Shown in pieces: positions 20,332 to 30,704 of a stretch of 64,000 nt of DNA. This DNA is from a virus, in IMG/VR virus record IMGVR_UViG_3300034063_001075, positions 12,034 to 76,033 of that record; one strand, 5' to 3'. The notes under the pieces are model-generated. The model had not been told where the DNA came from. It was given only the letters and a program-made list of their open reading frames with translations, and searched no databases. The first letter of the stretch is position 1, and every line of letters begins with the position of its first letter. The position numbers were made by a program, and so were the translations under genes.

Positions 20332-20573
20332 AAAAACGCGGAGTCAAAGTCATCCGAAGGAAACTTGGTCGGGAACAAGCCGACGGGCTCTGCACTTTCG
20401 ACGGGAAAGTCCACGTCGATGAAAGACTTAGGGGAATCAAACACATGGAGACGCTTCTCCATGAACTTCTCCACCACGAATTCCCGTTCCTGAGCGAAGA
20501 CGCAGTGGATGCGTCAGCGAAAAGCATGGCAACGACCATGTATGACGACCATTGGCGGCGAGTGGAACAATGA
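20328..20573 (+). CDS. Small HExxH zincin-like protein
   Basis: ETLLHELLHH preceded by GLC...VHVDERL. Confidence 0.6.
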   Translation: MKKRGVKVIRRKLGREQADGLCTFDGKVHVDERLRGIKHMETLLHELLHHEFPFLSEDAVDASAKSMATTMYDDHWRRVEQ

Positions 20574-20579
20574 AACCTT

Positions 20580-21326
20580 ATGCTAAACATACTGAAAAAG
20601 AACAACCCCCTCGAAATCTACTGGTGGACCGACGTCGAAGGGCTCGCTGAGGTATGTCCGATCCTAAGAGGTCACGAAGTTCCGCCCCCTGACTACTGGA
20701 CTAAAATCCCGAAAATTCCGGACCTCAGCAACGTAAAGGACCGAGGGACCGCAAAGAACTGTCCCGCCATTCCCGATATGTGGAACATGGGGTATGTCCT
20801 TCCGCTTTGGTGTGACACAAAGTTTACGTTTTCCGAAGGGGGCAAATACACAATCGTTCCTTCAGACAACAGGTTCTCTTTTACGCACCACGGCGACAGT
20901 CAGTACAAAGACCACCTCCCAAAAAAAGTTCAGGACGCTGTGAAAATGGTGATCAAGGCGAACTGTCCGTGGAGGGTCCGGACCCCGGAGGGGTACAGTA
21001 TGATGCAGTTGCCGATGTACTACCACCACGACGAGCTTTTCGAAGTGATGCCGGGGACCATCTGGACGGATATCCACCATGAAATCAACCAGCAGATGGT
21101 GATCAAAAAGCATGGGGAGTTCATCCTCAAGCGAGGACACCCACTCGCGGCTTACATCCCGTTCCGAAGGGACAACTTCAAAACAATCATTGAGGGACCC
21201 AACCCCCGCAACAGAGCGTGGGACTTGGAATCTCGGACACGTCTTTGGACTAAGTTTCGGTTTGGATATCGAATGGGTCAGGCTGAGCACAAGAAGAAGT
21301 GCCCGTTTCACTCACTGTTCCAATGA
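20580..21326 (+). CDS. Hypothetical protein (beta-clip/DUF6065-like)
   Basis: TAKNCPAI, PWRVRTPEGYS, PGTIWTD, LKRGHPLAAYIPFRR, C-terminal KCPFH. Confidence 0.55.
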   Translation: MLNILKKNNPLEIYWWTDVEGLAEVCPILRGHEVPPPDYWTKIPKIPDLSNVKDRGTAKNCPAIPDMWNMGYVLPLWCDTKFTFSEGGKYTIVPSDNRFSFTHHGDSQYKDHLPKKVQDAVKMVIKANCPWRVRTPEGYSMMQLPMYYHHDELFEVMPGTIWTDIHHEINQQMVIKKHGEFILKRGHPLAAYIPFRRDNFKTIIEGPNPRNRAWDLESRTRLWTKFRFGYRMGQAEHKKKCPFHSLFQ

Positions 21327-21329
21327 GCT

Positions 21330-21548
21330 ATGAAAGCCATTTTAGAATTCAATCTGCCTGAAGACAAAGACGACTTCGAAGTGGCCCAGCAAGGTTGGCA
21401 GTGGAAACTGATCGTGTCTGATCTGCTCGACTTTTTGCGGAGTGAAACCAAGTACAAGGATCACACCGCCGAAGAGTACGCGGTCTTTGACCTGATACGC
21501 GACCGCCTTTCGGACGAAATACGGGATAGAAACCTCTCCGTTTGGTGA
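21330..21548 (+). CDS. Conserved phage hypothetical protein
   Basis: MKAILEFNLPED start typical of a common phage family. Confidence 0.6.
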   Translation: MKAILEFNLPEDKDDFEVAQQGWQWKLIVSDLLDFLRSETKYKDHTAEEYAVFDLIRDRLSDEIRDRNLSVW

Positions 21549-21691
21549 TGAGTGGGCCGTTAATCCTCTTCGTAATGGTCATCTACGGAATCATCTCCGT
21601 TGATCAGTTTCTTCGAGGAAACATGGGAATGGGGATCACGTGGGCTGGATACAGTTTGGCGAACATTGGGCTATACCTCGCATCCCGGTGA
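21548..21691 (+). CDS. Small membrane protein (47 aa)
   Basis: Manual translation MSGPLILFVMVIYGIISVDQFLRGNMGMGITWAGYSLANIGLYLASR; coupled on both sides. Confidence 0.55.
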   Translation: MSGPLILFVMVIYGIISVDQFLRGNMGMGITWAGYSLANIGLYLASR

Positions 21692-24171
21692 AAAAACTTT
21701 ACCCAGTGCAGGAGGCTAGCAGGGAACGCCTCCTATTTGCTATTCGCGAATACCGATCGGCGCTGGATGCCAGCGAAACAGGGACGGGTAAAACCATCGT
21801 GGGGGCCGACGTTGCCAGAGTGCTTGAGCGCCCAACCCTTGTAGTCTGTCCTAAGATTGTTATCCCGGCATGGAAGGCGGAGCTAGCAGAACGTGGGGTC
21901 AACGTGATCGGTGTGATCAACTACGAACTTCTCCGCACAGGGAAAACAAAGTTTGGACACTGGGACGGGAAGCTTTGGGTTTGGACGCTTCCGGAGGAGC
22001 CGTTGATTATCTGGGACGAAGTCCACAGGTGTCAGGGAGTGTCTACCAAGAACGCCAAAATGCTCATCGCCGCCAAGCCGCTCTTAAACTTGATGTGCTC
22101 TGCCACAGCCGCCGAGGACCCGACAGAGATGCGAGCGCTAGGGTATGTCCTCGGACTGCACAGCTTGGCAAACTTTTGGTCTTGGGCTCAAAGACACGGA
22201 TGCTTCAGGAACCACTGGGGAGGCTTTGAGTTTCGAGGCACAGCCCAACTTCTCAAGACTATTGCCGATCAAATATTTCCTAAAAGGGGGTCGTTGGTGA
22301 CGAAGGTGATGCTAGCAGACCACTTCACTGAAACTCAGATAATCACGACACCTTTGGACATCGGTGACGGTGGGAAGATTCAGAAAGTCTACGAAGACAT
22401 GGAGCGGGAGCTTCAAAAACTAGAGCTTCAGGCCGCAGGGGACCGCAAGGGCCACGAACACGAAAAGCTGGTTGCCATGTTGCGAGCGCGGCAAAAAGTG
22501 GAATTGTTAAAAGTGCCTGTCTTTATTGAACTTGCGGAGGACCTCCTGCGTGAGGGGTACAGTTTAGCCATCTTTGTGAACTTCGACGCGACCGCCGAGG
22601 CGCTGAAAGAAAGGTTGGAAAACCCCGACATCATTCGTGGGGGTCAATCGGCTAAGGAGCGACAAGAGATAATAGAGAGATTTCAAAACAATGAAAAAAA
22701 AGTCATCATCGCAAACATCGCCGCAGGCGGGGTGGGCGTCTCGCTCCACGACCAAAAAGGCGGTCACCCGAGAGCGGCGATCATCTCGCCGTCGTGGAAC
22801 GCGAAAGACCTCGTCCAAACGCTCGGGCGCGTCCACAGAGCGGGGGGCAAAACGCCGTCGCTCCAAAAAATTGTCTTCGCTGCTGGGACCATTGAGGAAG
22901 AAATTGAGCGAAGTGTGCGGTCAAAGCTGGCGCAACTAAAAGTTCTCAATCCGGAACAAGCGAATTTGAACGACTTGACTTTTTTTGAGTCTGGTATATG
23001 TTACCCGCCATCACCCTGCCATACATCTCAAAAACCGCCCAACCCAATGTCTGAGCCTACGCAAAAGAAACACGCCGAGTTCTCCCCAAGTGGTTTGAAA
23101 TATTTTGAAATGTGCCCGTCGTTCACGCGACGCGAAGGCACTAACGTAATCGCCGAGAGGGGCACACGAATCCACGAAGCGCTCGAAACGGGAGACTTCA
23201 GCAAGTTGGAAAATGATGAAGAGGTCAACATTGCTTCGCTATGCCGATCGTTCGTGGCGGACCTCATTGAATCGAAGGGCTGGAAATCAATCAAGCGGAT
23301 CAACGAGCTTCGCCTAGAAGTCGATCTAGGCCAAGGCGTCGATACTTTCGGGACCTGCGACGTTTTTGTCCAGAGTGGCAACGAAGCCGTCATGGTCGAT
23401 TTCAAGACGGGATGGGGAAGGGTAGATGACGCTGAAGAAAACGCCCAAGCCCAATGCTATGTGCTCGGGGCGTTCCAACGATTTCCGGAGTTGGAAACCA
23501 TAGAGTTCTACTTCGCCATCCCGCACCGAGACGAAATCTCTTACGCGACCTACAAAAGGTCGGATTGCGATAAAATCGCCCTCCGATTCAACACCGTTAT
23601 CCGTCGGGCGAGAGCGGCAAGGAGTGGAAAACTCCCACCAGTTGAAGCCTATTCACCGTCCCACGGACTTTGTGAGTATTGCGGATTCCAAAGTTCCTGC
23701 CCCGCGCTCGCCGACAAGGTTCTTTCGATAGCCAAAAGGTACCAGCCCGACAGGATTGAACTTCCAGAGACGGTCGATGGGGCTGCGACAAACGACCCTG
23801 AAGTGCTAGCAACCCTTCTCAAGCTAGCACCGATTGCGGAGGAATGGGCCTCGTCGATCCGTAAACGCTGTATCGAACTGGCGGTGCAAGAAGGGGTGAA
23901 TTTCCCCGGTTTCAAACGCGTTGAACGAAGGGCGGCTCGGAAAATCCTGTCTGTAAGTGGGGCCTTTGATCAGGTCAAGGACGTCATGCCCTTCGAAGAA
24001 TTTCTAAAAGCTTGTGACACCGTGTCGATAAGCAAACTGGAAGAAGCATTTGCGAGTCACGCTGCGAAGGGAAAAAAGAGCAACTCGCGCCAAATTTTAG
24101 AATGTCGGCTTAAAGACGCTGGCCTTCTGAAAGAAGAACAGGGGTTCATCTATTTGAAACAAATCAAGTAG
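21688..24171 (+). CDS. SNF2-like SF2 helicase in frame with a DUF2800/Cas4-like PD-(D/E)xK nuclease (internal start 23047)
   Basis: ETGTGKT, WDEVH, QTLGRVHRAG; then HAEFSPS...CPS, GTRIHEALE, GTCD...VDFKTG, QAQCY, CEYC...C. Confidence 0.85.
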   Translation: MKKLYPVQEASRERLLFAIREYRSALDASETGTGKTIVGADVARVLERPTLVVCPKIVIPAWKAELAERGVNVIGVINYELLRTGKTKFGHWDGKLWVWTLPEEPLIIWDEVHRCQGVSTKNAKMLIAAKPLLNLMCSATAAEDPTEMRALGYVLGLHSLANFWSWAQRHGCFRNHWGGFEFRGTAQLLKTIADQIFPKRGSLVTKVMLADHFTETQIITTPLDIGDGGKIQKVYEDMERELQKLELQAAGDRKGHEHEKLVAMLRARQKVELLKVPVFIELAEDLLREGYSLAIFVNFDATAEALKERLENPDIIRGGQSAKERQEIIERFQNNEKKVIIANIAAGGVGVSLHDQKGGHPRAAIISPSWNAKDLVQTLGRVHRAGGKTPSLQKIVFAAGTIEEEIERSVRSKLAQLKVLNPEQANLNDLTFFESGICYPPSPCHTSQKPPNPMSEPTQKKHAEFSPSGLKYFEMCPSFTRREGTNVIAERGTRIHEALETGDFSKLENDEEVNIASLCRSFVADLIESKGWKSIKRINELRLEVDLGQGVDTFGTCDVFVQSGNEAVMVDFKTGWGRVDDAEENAQAQCYVLGAFQRFPELETIEFYFAIPHRDEISYATYKRSDCDKIALRFNTVIRRARAARSGKLPPVEAYSPSHGLCEYCGFQSSCPALADKVLSIAKRYQPDRIELPETVDGAATNDPEVLATLLKLAPIAEEWASSIRKRCIELAVQEGVNFPGFKRVERRAARKILSVSGAFDQVKDVMPFEEFLKACDTVSISKLEEAFASHAAKGKKSNSRQILECRLKDAGLLKEEQGFIYLKQIK

Positions 24172-24211
24172 GCCCCCACCAACTAAACACAAACAATCAA
24201 ATCAACAAATT

Positions 24212-24964
24212 ATGGCTACAATGTCATTCCGTAATAAAAACACCGAAGAAAAAACCGAGCCCGTCATCGAAGTCGTTGCTGAAACGACAGCAATAACCCC
24301 CGCCACTGAAAAAACAGTCGCGGTCCCTGTAAGTGCTTCAGGTGACGTTCGCGGTGAGTTCGGTATTTCCGATATCAAACTCCCCTACCTCAAGATCGTC
24401 CAAAAGATCAGCAACGATGCTGAGAGATTCGGGGCGGGAAGTATCCTCTTTAACGGGGAAGTCAAAGTCGGAGGAGAGAACCAGCCTTTTAGTGCCACGT
24501 TCCTCTCGCTCGACAAAATGTATGAGGAGAAGCTCCCAATGGACGCTCAGAAACGCCCGTTGGTGTTCGACAAAGCTGACGACGTTATTCAGGCGGGTGG
24601 CAGCTTCAACCCAAACGACGAGCACTACTTCCAAGACGTCGCGCTCATGCGTGTTGTCATCGAAAAACCGGAGAACGCGTCCGACCAAGACTCACTCCTG
24701 TTCCCGTACAAAGCACCGAACGGCAAGTGGTACGCACAATCGCTGTGGTCCGCACGGGGTACTTCGTATTCGCAAACGGGTCCGGTTCTCTACACCGCAA
24801 GCATGAACTTCCTCGCCAACGGACTGTATCGCGGTCAGTGGGCGGTCAGCACGGAGAAACGCACGAACAGTAAGGGTTCTTGGCACATTCCGTCGCTCCG
24901 GTTCATGGGAGAGCACGAAGAAGAAATGCAAAACTTCTTCCTGAAACTTCGCGGGAGCAAGTAG
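24212..24964 (+). CDS. Putative ssDNA-binding/recombination protein
   Basis: DIKLPYLKIVQ...KGSWHIP pattern; lies between nuclease and polA. Confidence 0.55.
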   Translation: MATMSFRNKNTEEKTEPVIEVVAETTAITPATEKTVAVPVSASGDVRGEFGISDIKLPYLKIVQKISNDAERFGAGSILFNGEVKVGGENQPFSATFLSLDKMYEEKLPMDAQKRPLVFDKADDVIQAGGSFNPNDEHYFQDVALMRVVIEKPENASDQDSLLFPYKAPNGKWYAQSLWSARGTSYSQTGPVLYTASMNFLANGLYRGQWAVSTEKRTNSKGSWHIPSLRFMGEHEEEMQNFFLKLRGSK

Positions 24965-24967
24965 CAC

Positions 24968-25291
24968 ATGAAGCTACGACGCACATACGAGCGCTTCGTA
25001 GTATGGCTCATCGGGAAGCTGGCGGACACGATCGTCCGTCCAGCGCCCCTTGAGCTAGTATCGAAGCTGGAACTCAAACCGTTCATGCACGTTGTCTTCG
25101 GAGACAACGGTGTCCGGCACATCGGAATCTATTGTGACGGTGTGTGGAAGGCGCTTAATGGCTATCCCGAGATGGGAATCCGAGGCGAGTTCGGTTTGAA
25201 ATTTGTGGGTAACCCACCAAAACCGAAACGTGTGAGATTGGAAACCAAAAAGAAAAAGCACGGAAAGCGTGGAGTTGCTAATGCAAGCTGA
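24968..25291 (+). CDS. Hypothetical protein
   Basis: Coupled ORF in the replication operon. Confidence 0.5.
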   Translation: MKLRRTYERFVVWLIGKLADTIVRPAPLELVSKLELKPFMHVVFGDNGVRHIGIYCDGVWKALNGYPEMGIRGEFGLKFVGNPPKPKRVRLETKKKKHGKRGVANAS

Positions 25292-25631
25292 CGCCGTCAT
25301 TACATATAATCCCGAAGAATTCGTCGATGCGACCGTTGACGATCTAGCTGCCAAACTCGGTCTCCAGACCGACATGGGTAAGGCGGCGTTGAAGGTAGCC
25401 CTTGAAAACATTAAACTGCTGGATCGAAAACAGCAGGATTATGGATCAGGCAACATCGCGACCTTCGGGGAAAAAGGGGTCTTAGTCCGTTGTGTGGACA
25501 AGACTGAACGACTAAAACAGTTGGTGTGGAAATCCAAGACCGCTAAGAACGAGACCATTTACGACTCGTGGCAGGACTTGGCTAACTACGCCGTAATTGC
25601 ACAACTCTGTTCGCAGGGTTTGTGGAAATAA
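25281..25631 (+). CDS. Nucleotide-modification-associated domain 1 (DUF1599-like) protein
   Basis: KQQDYG..NI...GVLVRCVDKTERL...ETIYDSWQDLANYAVI. Confidence 0.75.
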   Translation: MQADAVITYNPEEFVDATVDDLAAKLGLQTDMGKAALKVALENIKLLDRKQQDYGSGNIATFGEKGVLVRCVDKTERLKQLVWKSKTAKNETIYDSWQDLANYAVIAQLCSQGLWK

Positions 25632-25747
25632 GAAAATAATTCTTCGTGGGCGGGACGTATGCTGACCGGAGAGATTCCGGTAGACGTGTAAAAAAAGGCA
25701 AGACAACGGACGTGCATAGGCGTCCGAAAGGTGGGTCTGCCGTTGGC

Positions 25748-26194
25748 ATGGTGAAACAAAGTCTCGCTCACGAACTCCCCAAAGCTCGTTACGCAAACCA
25801 TCAACAGTCCGAAATCGTCGAGAACTTCGTGGCGCAAGAACTCATCGGCCAAGGATGGTCTATCGCGTACCCACGCACGGAAAAATACCCCTTTGATCTA
25901 ATCGCCGTGAAGGGGACCACCGTTCTTCGAATCCAAGCCAAATCCACCAAAGGACGCAAAACAGATGCACGACTTCAGTTCTGTACTAATCGGTACCAAG
26001 CAGGAGGGGGGAAACGGAGGGGTTTGTCGTGCGAAGACTGCGACGTGCTGGCGCTTGTGAGCGTCAAAGATATGTCTCTTTTCTTAGTCCCTGTAGATGA
26101 CGCCATCTCAATAGCAACTTTTACAATAAACTCAAAAAACAAAAGCCGATACTACCGCAAATTCTCAAATCTAAAACCATGCAAAACCACCTAA
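25748..26194 (+). CDS. Free-standing PD-(D/E)xK homing-endonuclease-like protein
   Basis: YPFDLIAVKGTTVLRIQAKST...CDVLALV; start uncertain (25646 possible). Confidence 0.7.
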   Translation: MVKQSLAHELPKARYANHQQSEIVENFVAQELIGQGWSIAYPRTEKYPFDLIAVKGTTVLRIQAKSTKGRKTDARLQFCTNRYQAGGGKRRGLSCEDCDVLALVSVKDMSLFLVPVDDAISIATFTINSKNKSRYYRKFSNLKPCKTT

Positions 26195-27963
26195 TCTACG
26201 CAATCGACTTTGAAACGTACTACTCTAAGACGGTTGGCATTAACTCACAGGGGACGTGGCACTACCTCATGCACCCCGAGTTCGAGGCCTACCGCGTCAG
26301 CATTGTGGGCTCCAACGGGTTCAAATTTGTTGGAAGCCCTAAAGACGTAGACTGGAAAGTGATCTGTGAAGCGGACGTCTGGGTCTCCCACAATGCGAGC
26401 TTCGACGAACCTGTATATCACTTCCTCCAACAGACAGAGCAGATCGAAGCACCGGAGGTCACCCCAGTCTGGCAGTGTACGGCAGACTTGAGTGCCTTCC
26501 TCGCAAGTCCACGCAGCTTAAAGCAAGCGGCGGGGGTTCTTTTGAACGAAGAGGTAACGAAAGACATCCGAGATGCGATGAAGGGTAAACGGTGGACGGA
26601 TATGACCCCAGAGTTTCAAAAAGAGGTGGACGAGTATGCTTTGAAGGACTCGGAATTGTGCTTACGGCTCTGGCTTGAATTCTCAGACAAATGGCCGGAG
26701 CACGAACGGCGCATCTCCCACCATACGCGAGAGATGGGGGCTGAGGGATTGATGATTGATAAGGACAGCGTCGAGGAGGGTATCACGACACTGCGCCGAC
26801 AAATTTGGGAAGCAGAACAAAAGATTCCGTGGGCGGATACCGACGCGAAAACGCTGTCGGCCAAAGCGCTAGCGATAGAATGCCGGAACGTCGGAATCGA
26901 ACCCCCGTCGTCCTTGGCAATCGACTCTGAAGAGTGTGCCGCGTGGGAGGAGAAGTACGGGGATCAGTATCCGTGGGTTGGGGCGATGCGTACCTACCGC
27001 AGGTGCAATGCTCTCCTCAAGAAGGTCGAAAACATCAACAACAGGATAAGGCCGGACGGAAGACTGGGATACTCCCTGATGTATTGCGGGGCACATACGG
27101 GTCGGTTCAGCGGAGGGGGCTCCGGAATCAACTTCCAGAATCTCCCAAGGGAAGAGCTTTTCGGGGTCAACCTCCGTGGGATGATTGTCGCGCCAAAAGA
27201 CAAAAAGCTGATCATCGCCGACCTAGCACAAATCGAACCGCGAGTTCTGGCGTGGTTTGCTGAGGACTGGGAAACCCTCAAGATGGTTGAAAGCGGGGTA
27301 GACATTTACGAATCCCACGCACGAATGACAATGGGCTACGACTTGGACATCTCGCTCAAGCAAGCCGCAGAGAACGACCCAAAGTACAAAAAGCTACGGC
27401 AACTGGCGAAGGCTAGGGTATTGGGGCTGGGTTATGGGTGCGGCCCGGACAAGTTCGTTATTGTCGCCAAAACCCTAGCGGGTCTCGACATCACCCGAGA
27501 AGAATCTGAGGTGATCGTCAGCAACTGGCGGGAGAGCAACCCCAAGATTATCGCGTTTTGGAGAAAGCTAGAAAACCACTTCAAGATGCGCGTCCCCGAA
27601 CCCGTCGAGATAGGCCTACCGAGCGGGAGGGAGATTCGCTACCGCGACACTCAAAGTCTTGCCGGAAACCTCACTGCACGGATTCCCAGACAGGGAAAAC
27701 TCATCCCCGTAAAAATTTGGGGCGGAGTTATCTGTGAAAATGTCGTTCAAGGCGCGAGTCGAGATGTGTTTTGTGACGGCGTTTTGCGGCTGGAAGATGC
27801 TGGATATAAAGTCATCTTAACCGTTCACGACGAAGTAGTTGTCGAAGCCGAACCGCATCAGTCCGCCGACGAAGTGGTCAAAATTCTTTGCCAGACCCCG
27901 GAGTGGATGCCGGGGCTACCCGTAGATGCAGAAGCCGTCGAATCCTCTGTCTACGTCAAGTAA
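26179..27963 (+). CDS. polA: DNA polymerase family A with 3'-5' exonuclease
   Basis: IDFETY, HNASFD, motif A DLAQIEPR, motif B RQLAKARVLGLGYG (Leu at the 762-equivalent position), motif C TVHDE. Confidence 0.92.
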   Translation: MQNHLIYAIDFETYYSKTVGINSQGTWHYLMHPEFEAYRVSIVGSNGFKFVGSPKDVDWKVICEADVWVSHNASFDEPVYHFLQQTEQIEAPEVTPVWQCTADLSAFLASPRSLKQAAGVLLNEEVTKDIRDAMKGKRWTDMTPEFQKEVDEYALKDSELCLRLWLEFSDKWPEHERRISHHTREMGAEGLMIDKDSVEEGITTLRRQIWEAEQKIPWADTDAKTLSAKALAIECRNVGIEPPSSLAIDSEECAAWEEKYGDQYPWVGAMRTYRRCNALLKKVENINNRIRPDGRLGYSLMYCGAHTGRFSGGGSGINFQNLPREELFGVNLRGMIVAPKDKKLIIADLAQIEPRVLAWFAEDWETLKMVESGVDIYESHARMTMGYDLDISLKQAAENDPKYKKLRQLAKARVLGLGYGCGPDKFVIVAKTLAGLDITREESEVIVSNWRESNPKIIAFWRKLENHFKMRVPEPVEIGLPSGREIRYRDTQSLAGNLTARIPRQGKLIPVKIWGGVICENVVQGASRDVFCDGVLRLEDAGYKVILTVHDEVVVEAEPHQSADEVVKILCQTPEWMPGLPVDAEAVESSVYVK

Positions 27964-27982
27964 TCAGCAACCAACATATACC

Positions 27983-30103
27983 ATGCCCTTATTCTCCATC
28001 AAAAATCTCCGTAGCTCCGAGGCGAACACCTGTGAGCCGTGGGCCTTGAATCAAAAGAGGCCCCTCTTCCCAAACAAAGAGGCTTTCCGAAAATGGAGCG
28101 CGGACGCGGCTACAGACTGGGTCTTCTTCTCCGCTTTCGAAGGAACAAACCAGAATGTCCGAATATCGCGTCAAAACCCCGCGATCAAAATACACGGAAT
28201 CATTGCTGACTACGACGCGAAGGTGTCCGCAACCGAAATAGCTTCACTGATCGACAAGAATGCTCCCGTTAAGCCGAAATACTACAGTCAGACGTTTTCC
28301 GGAGGGGCGCGGTTGGTGTGGTTACTAGAAGAGTCCACATATATCGACAATGGGAAGATTTCAGAGAACTTCGTTAAGATTGCGGCCAAAGAGTTAAAAC
28401 TCAAAAGCGTAATTCCGGGGTTCGATCCTTCTTCGTTGGAATCGACCCAATACTTCGAACTCGGGGAAAACTGGGTCGAGATTCCGGACGCCGAACCGAT
28501 CGACAGCGTCACAGTCGGTTTCTGGATGCACGAAGCTTGTAAGAAAATAGACGTATCGTCTGAAGGAACGGAAATACCTGTCGAAGTAATCAAAGAAGAA
28601 ATCGACAGGCAGTTCCCCGGACGCTGGACCGGAAACTTCAGCATTGGGACACGTGGCCCCCTGTTCTGGATTCAAGACGGCATAGACCGCACAGGCTGTG
28701 AAGTAGCTAGCACGGGGATGATCTGCTACTCCTCCCGCGCCGGAACAAGCTTTGCTACTTGGGAGATGATCTTTGGCAAGGGGTTCGTCAAAGCCTACGA
28801 GGAGAAAAAATATGGCTCCGTCGTTAACGACTTCTTCTACGACGGATCGTTCTACTGGTGGAGGAAGGAGAACGGTGATTGGAGGTCGGCGAACAAAGAA
28901 GACACCATCCTGCACCTCAAGGTTGCACAGAAGATGTCGTGCAAAACCAAGCAGAACGAGACGGCCAGTGAAGTAGACAAAATCCTCTATTCGATCCAGA
29001 GCAACAAGCTCATCGATGCGGCCCTTCCGTTCCTCTACCAAAAAGAACTAATCGTAGAAAACAACGGTCTGCGTCACCTGAACATCAACAGGCGTCAAGT
29101 CATGCAACCTGCGGATTGTACACACAAACTCGCATGGGGTGAAAACTTCCCGTGGATAGCCAATTTCATCGACAACAGCTTCGACCCAACTAACCAGAAA
29201 TACTTCCTCATCGAATGGTTGCGGCGGCTTTATCAACCTGCCTACGAGGGAAACCTACAGCCGGGTCACACACTGTTCATCGCTGGCCCCCACGGTCGAG
29301 GTAAGTCGTTCTTCGGAATGCAAATCCTCCGTCAGATGATGGGCGGTGGAACTGACGCATCCTCGTTCTTGATGAGCGAAACGTCCTTCAACAAGGAGAT
29401 GCTCGAAGTTCCCATTTGGAATGTGGATGACGGAACGTCGTCTTCGGATTGGAAGAGTCATCGCCGCTTTTCGGAAATGGTGAAGAAGGCTGCGGCGAAC
29501 CAGTACTTCAACTACCACCCGAAGTACAAAGACTCGCAGACAATGCCGTGGCGGGGGCGCGTAGTTGTCACGCTAAACGACGACCCGCATTCGTTGAACC
29601 TCATCCCCGCGACTGACGGAACAATCATGGACAAGATCATGCTGCTCAAGATGTCCCCCAAGTTTGAGCCTCACTTCTCGCCGAACCAAGACGAGAACAA
29701 TGCTATGATCGCCAGAGAACTGCCGTGGTTCTTGCGTTGGCTTCTTGATTCCGAACCGGACTCACAAATCAAGGGGTCCGCACGTTTCGGGTTTGAGCCC
29801 TACCACCACAACTCGTTGGTGCAAGCTTCGTTGGATCAAAACCCCTCGTTCCGGTTTATCGAAACCCTCGACGTCTTCCGCAGGGAATACAAACGACACC
29901 ACGACGACAAGGTGATGTTTGAGGGGACGGTGACCGAGCTTGTGCGTGAGATCAACAAGATCGACGGACTTAAAGACGTTAACAAAGAGCACGTGAACGT
30001 TATTGGCCGCTGGCTTCACCAACTCCACGCGCACGTGGACTGGCTTCACAAACCCCGCACCCTTGACGGGAGAACTATGTGGAAAATCGATTTACCTGTA
30101 TGA
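27983..30103 (+). CDS. Primase-helicase (AEP/primpol-like N-terminus plus P-loop helicase)
   Basis: IADYD, TFSGG in the N-terminal part; GPHGRGKS Walker A, NVDD Walker B, VVTLN. Confidence 0.75.
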   Translation: MPLFSIKNLRSSEANTCEPWALNQKRPLFPNKEAFRKWSADAATDWVFFSAFEGTNQNVRISRQNPAIKIHGIIADYDAKVSATEIASLIDKNAPVKPKYYSQTFSGGARLVWLLEESTYIDNGKISENFVKIAAKELKLKSVIPGFDPSSLESTQYFELGENWVEIPDAEPIDSVTVGFWMHEACKKIDVSSEGTEIPVEVIKEEIDRQFPGRWTGNFSIGTRGPLFWIQDGIDRTGCEVASTGMICYSSRAGTSFATWEMIFGKGFVKAYEEKKYGSVVNDFFYDGSFYWWRKENGDWRSANKEDTILHLKVAQKMSCKTKQNETASEVDKILYSIQSNKLIDAALPFLYQKELIVENNGLRHLNINRRQVMQPADCTHKLAWGENFPWIANFIDNSFDPTNQKYFLIEWLRRLYQPAYEGNLQPGHTLFIAGPHGRGKSFFGMQILRQMMGGGTDASSFLMSETSFNKEMLEVPIWNVDDGTSSSDWKSHRRFSEMVKKAAANQYFNYHPKYKDSQTMPWRGRVVVTLNDDPHSLNLIPATDGTIMDKIMLLKMSPKFEPHFSPNQDENNAMIARELPWFLRWLLDSEPDSQIKGSARFGFEPYHHNSLVQASLDQNPSFRFIETLDVFRREYKRHHDDKVMFEGTVTELVREINKIDGLKDVNKEHVNVIGRWLHQLHAHVDWLHKPRTLDGRTMWKIDLPV

Positions 30104-30294
30104 GACCTATACTCCGACAACTACACCCTAAACACCCACTCCTCAAAGCAACCCGCGCATATAAACGTGTGTGGAAAGGCATCTGTGGTGGGGCTACTTG
30201 GAACGACCTATCGCATAACGCGACACCTATGCTCGCGAGAATGCAACGCGAGGCTCGGGAACGGGAGAACCCAACGTCGAGGATTGCCGTATGA
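30100..30294 (+). CDS. Hypothetical protein
   Basis: ATGA overlaps at both ends. Confidence 0.4.
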   Translation: MRPILRQLHPKHPLLKATRAYKRVWKGICGGATWNDLSHNATPMLARMQREARERENPTSRIAV

Positions 30295-30704
30295 TGTGCT
30301 ACCGAGACATGACGTTCTGTGAGGGGGAGGGATGCCTCAAGTTCAACGAGTGCCCCCGTGCCCTGACACAAGACGTGCGGGAAAGAGCAAAAATGCTTGG
30401 CCTATTTGTATCGCGGTTTACAGAGCCTACGAAACTTCACTGCTACCGAGCGTCTTCAATTAACCGCCTCCTGAAGGAGGTTGGCAAAGAAGAAATCCTG
30501 CTAGCAGATGGGTTCGATGACGCCTTGATTGGAACAGCCCGTCGAACGAGCGGAACCCTCGTTGCCGTATACGACCGGGCCAAGTGCATCGAAATCCTCT
30601 CCCGCGAAATGTCCCCGGAGGAAGCTGAAGAATATTTCTCCTTCAACACCGAGGGGGCTTGGGTCGGGGAACAAACACCAATTTTCACGGAAATAAAACT
30701 ATGA
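30291..30704 (+). CDS. Conserved phage hypothetical protein
   Basis: ADGFDDALIG...AVYD...EAEEYFSFNTEGAWVGEQTPIF. Confidence 0.65.
   Translation: MMCYRDMTFCEGEGCLKFNECPRALTQDVRERAKMLGLFVSRFTEPTKLHCYRASSINRLLKEVGKEEILLADGFDDALIGTARRTSGTLVAVYDRAKCIEILSREMSPEEAEEYFSFNTEGAWVGEQTPIFTEIKL

Noticed and set aside
23047-24171. Cas4 as part of a CRISPR system
   Set aside because: No cas1/cas2 or array; DUF2800-like nucleases are routine in phage replication modules
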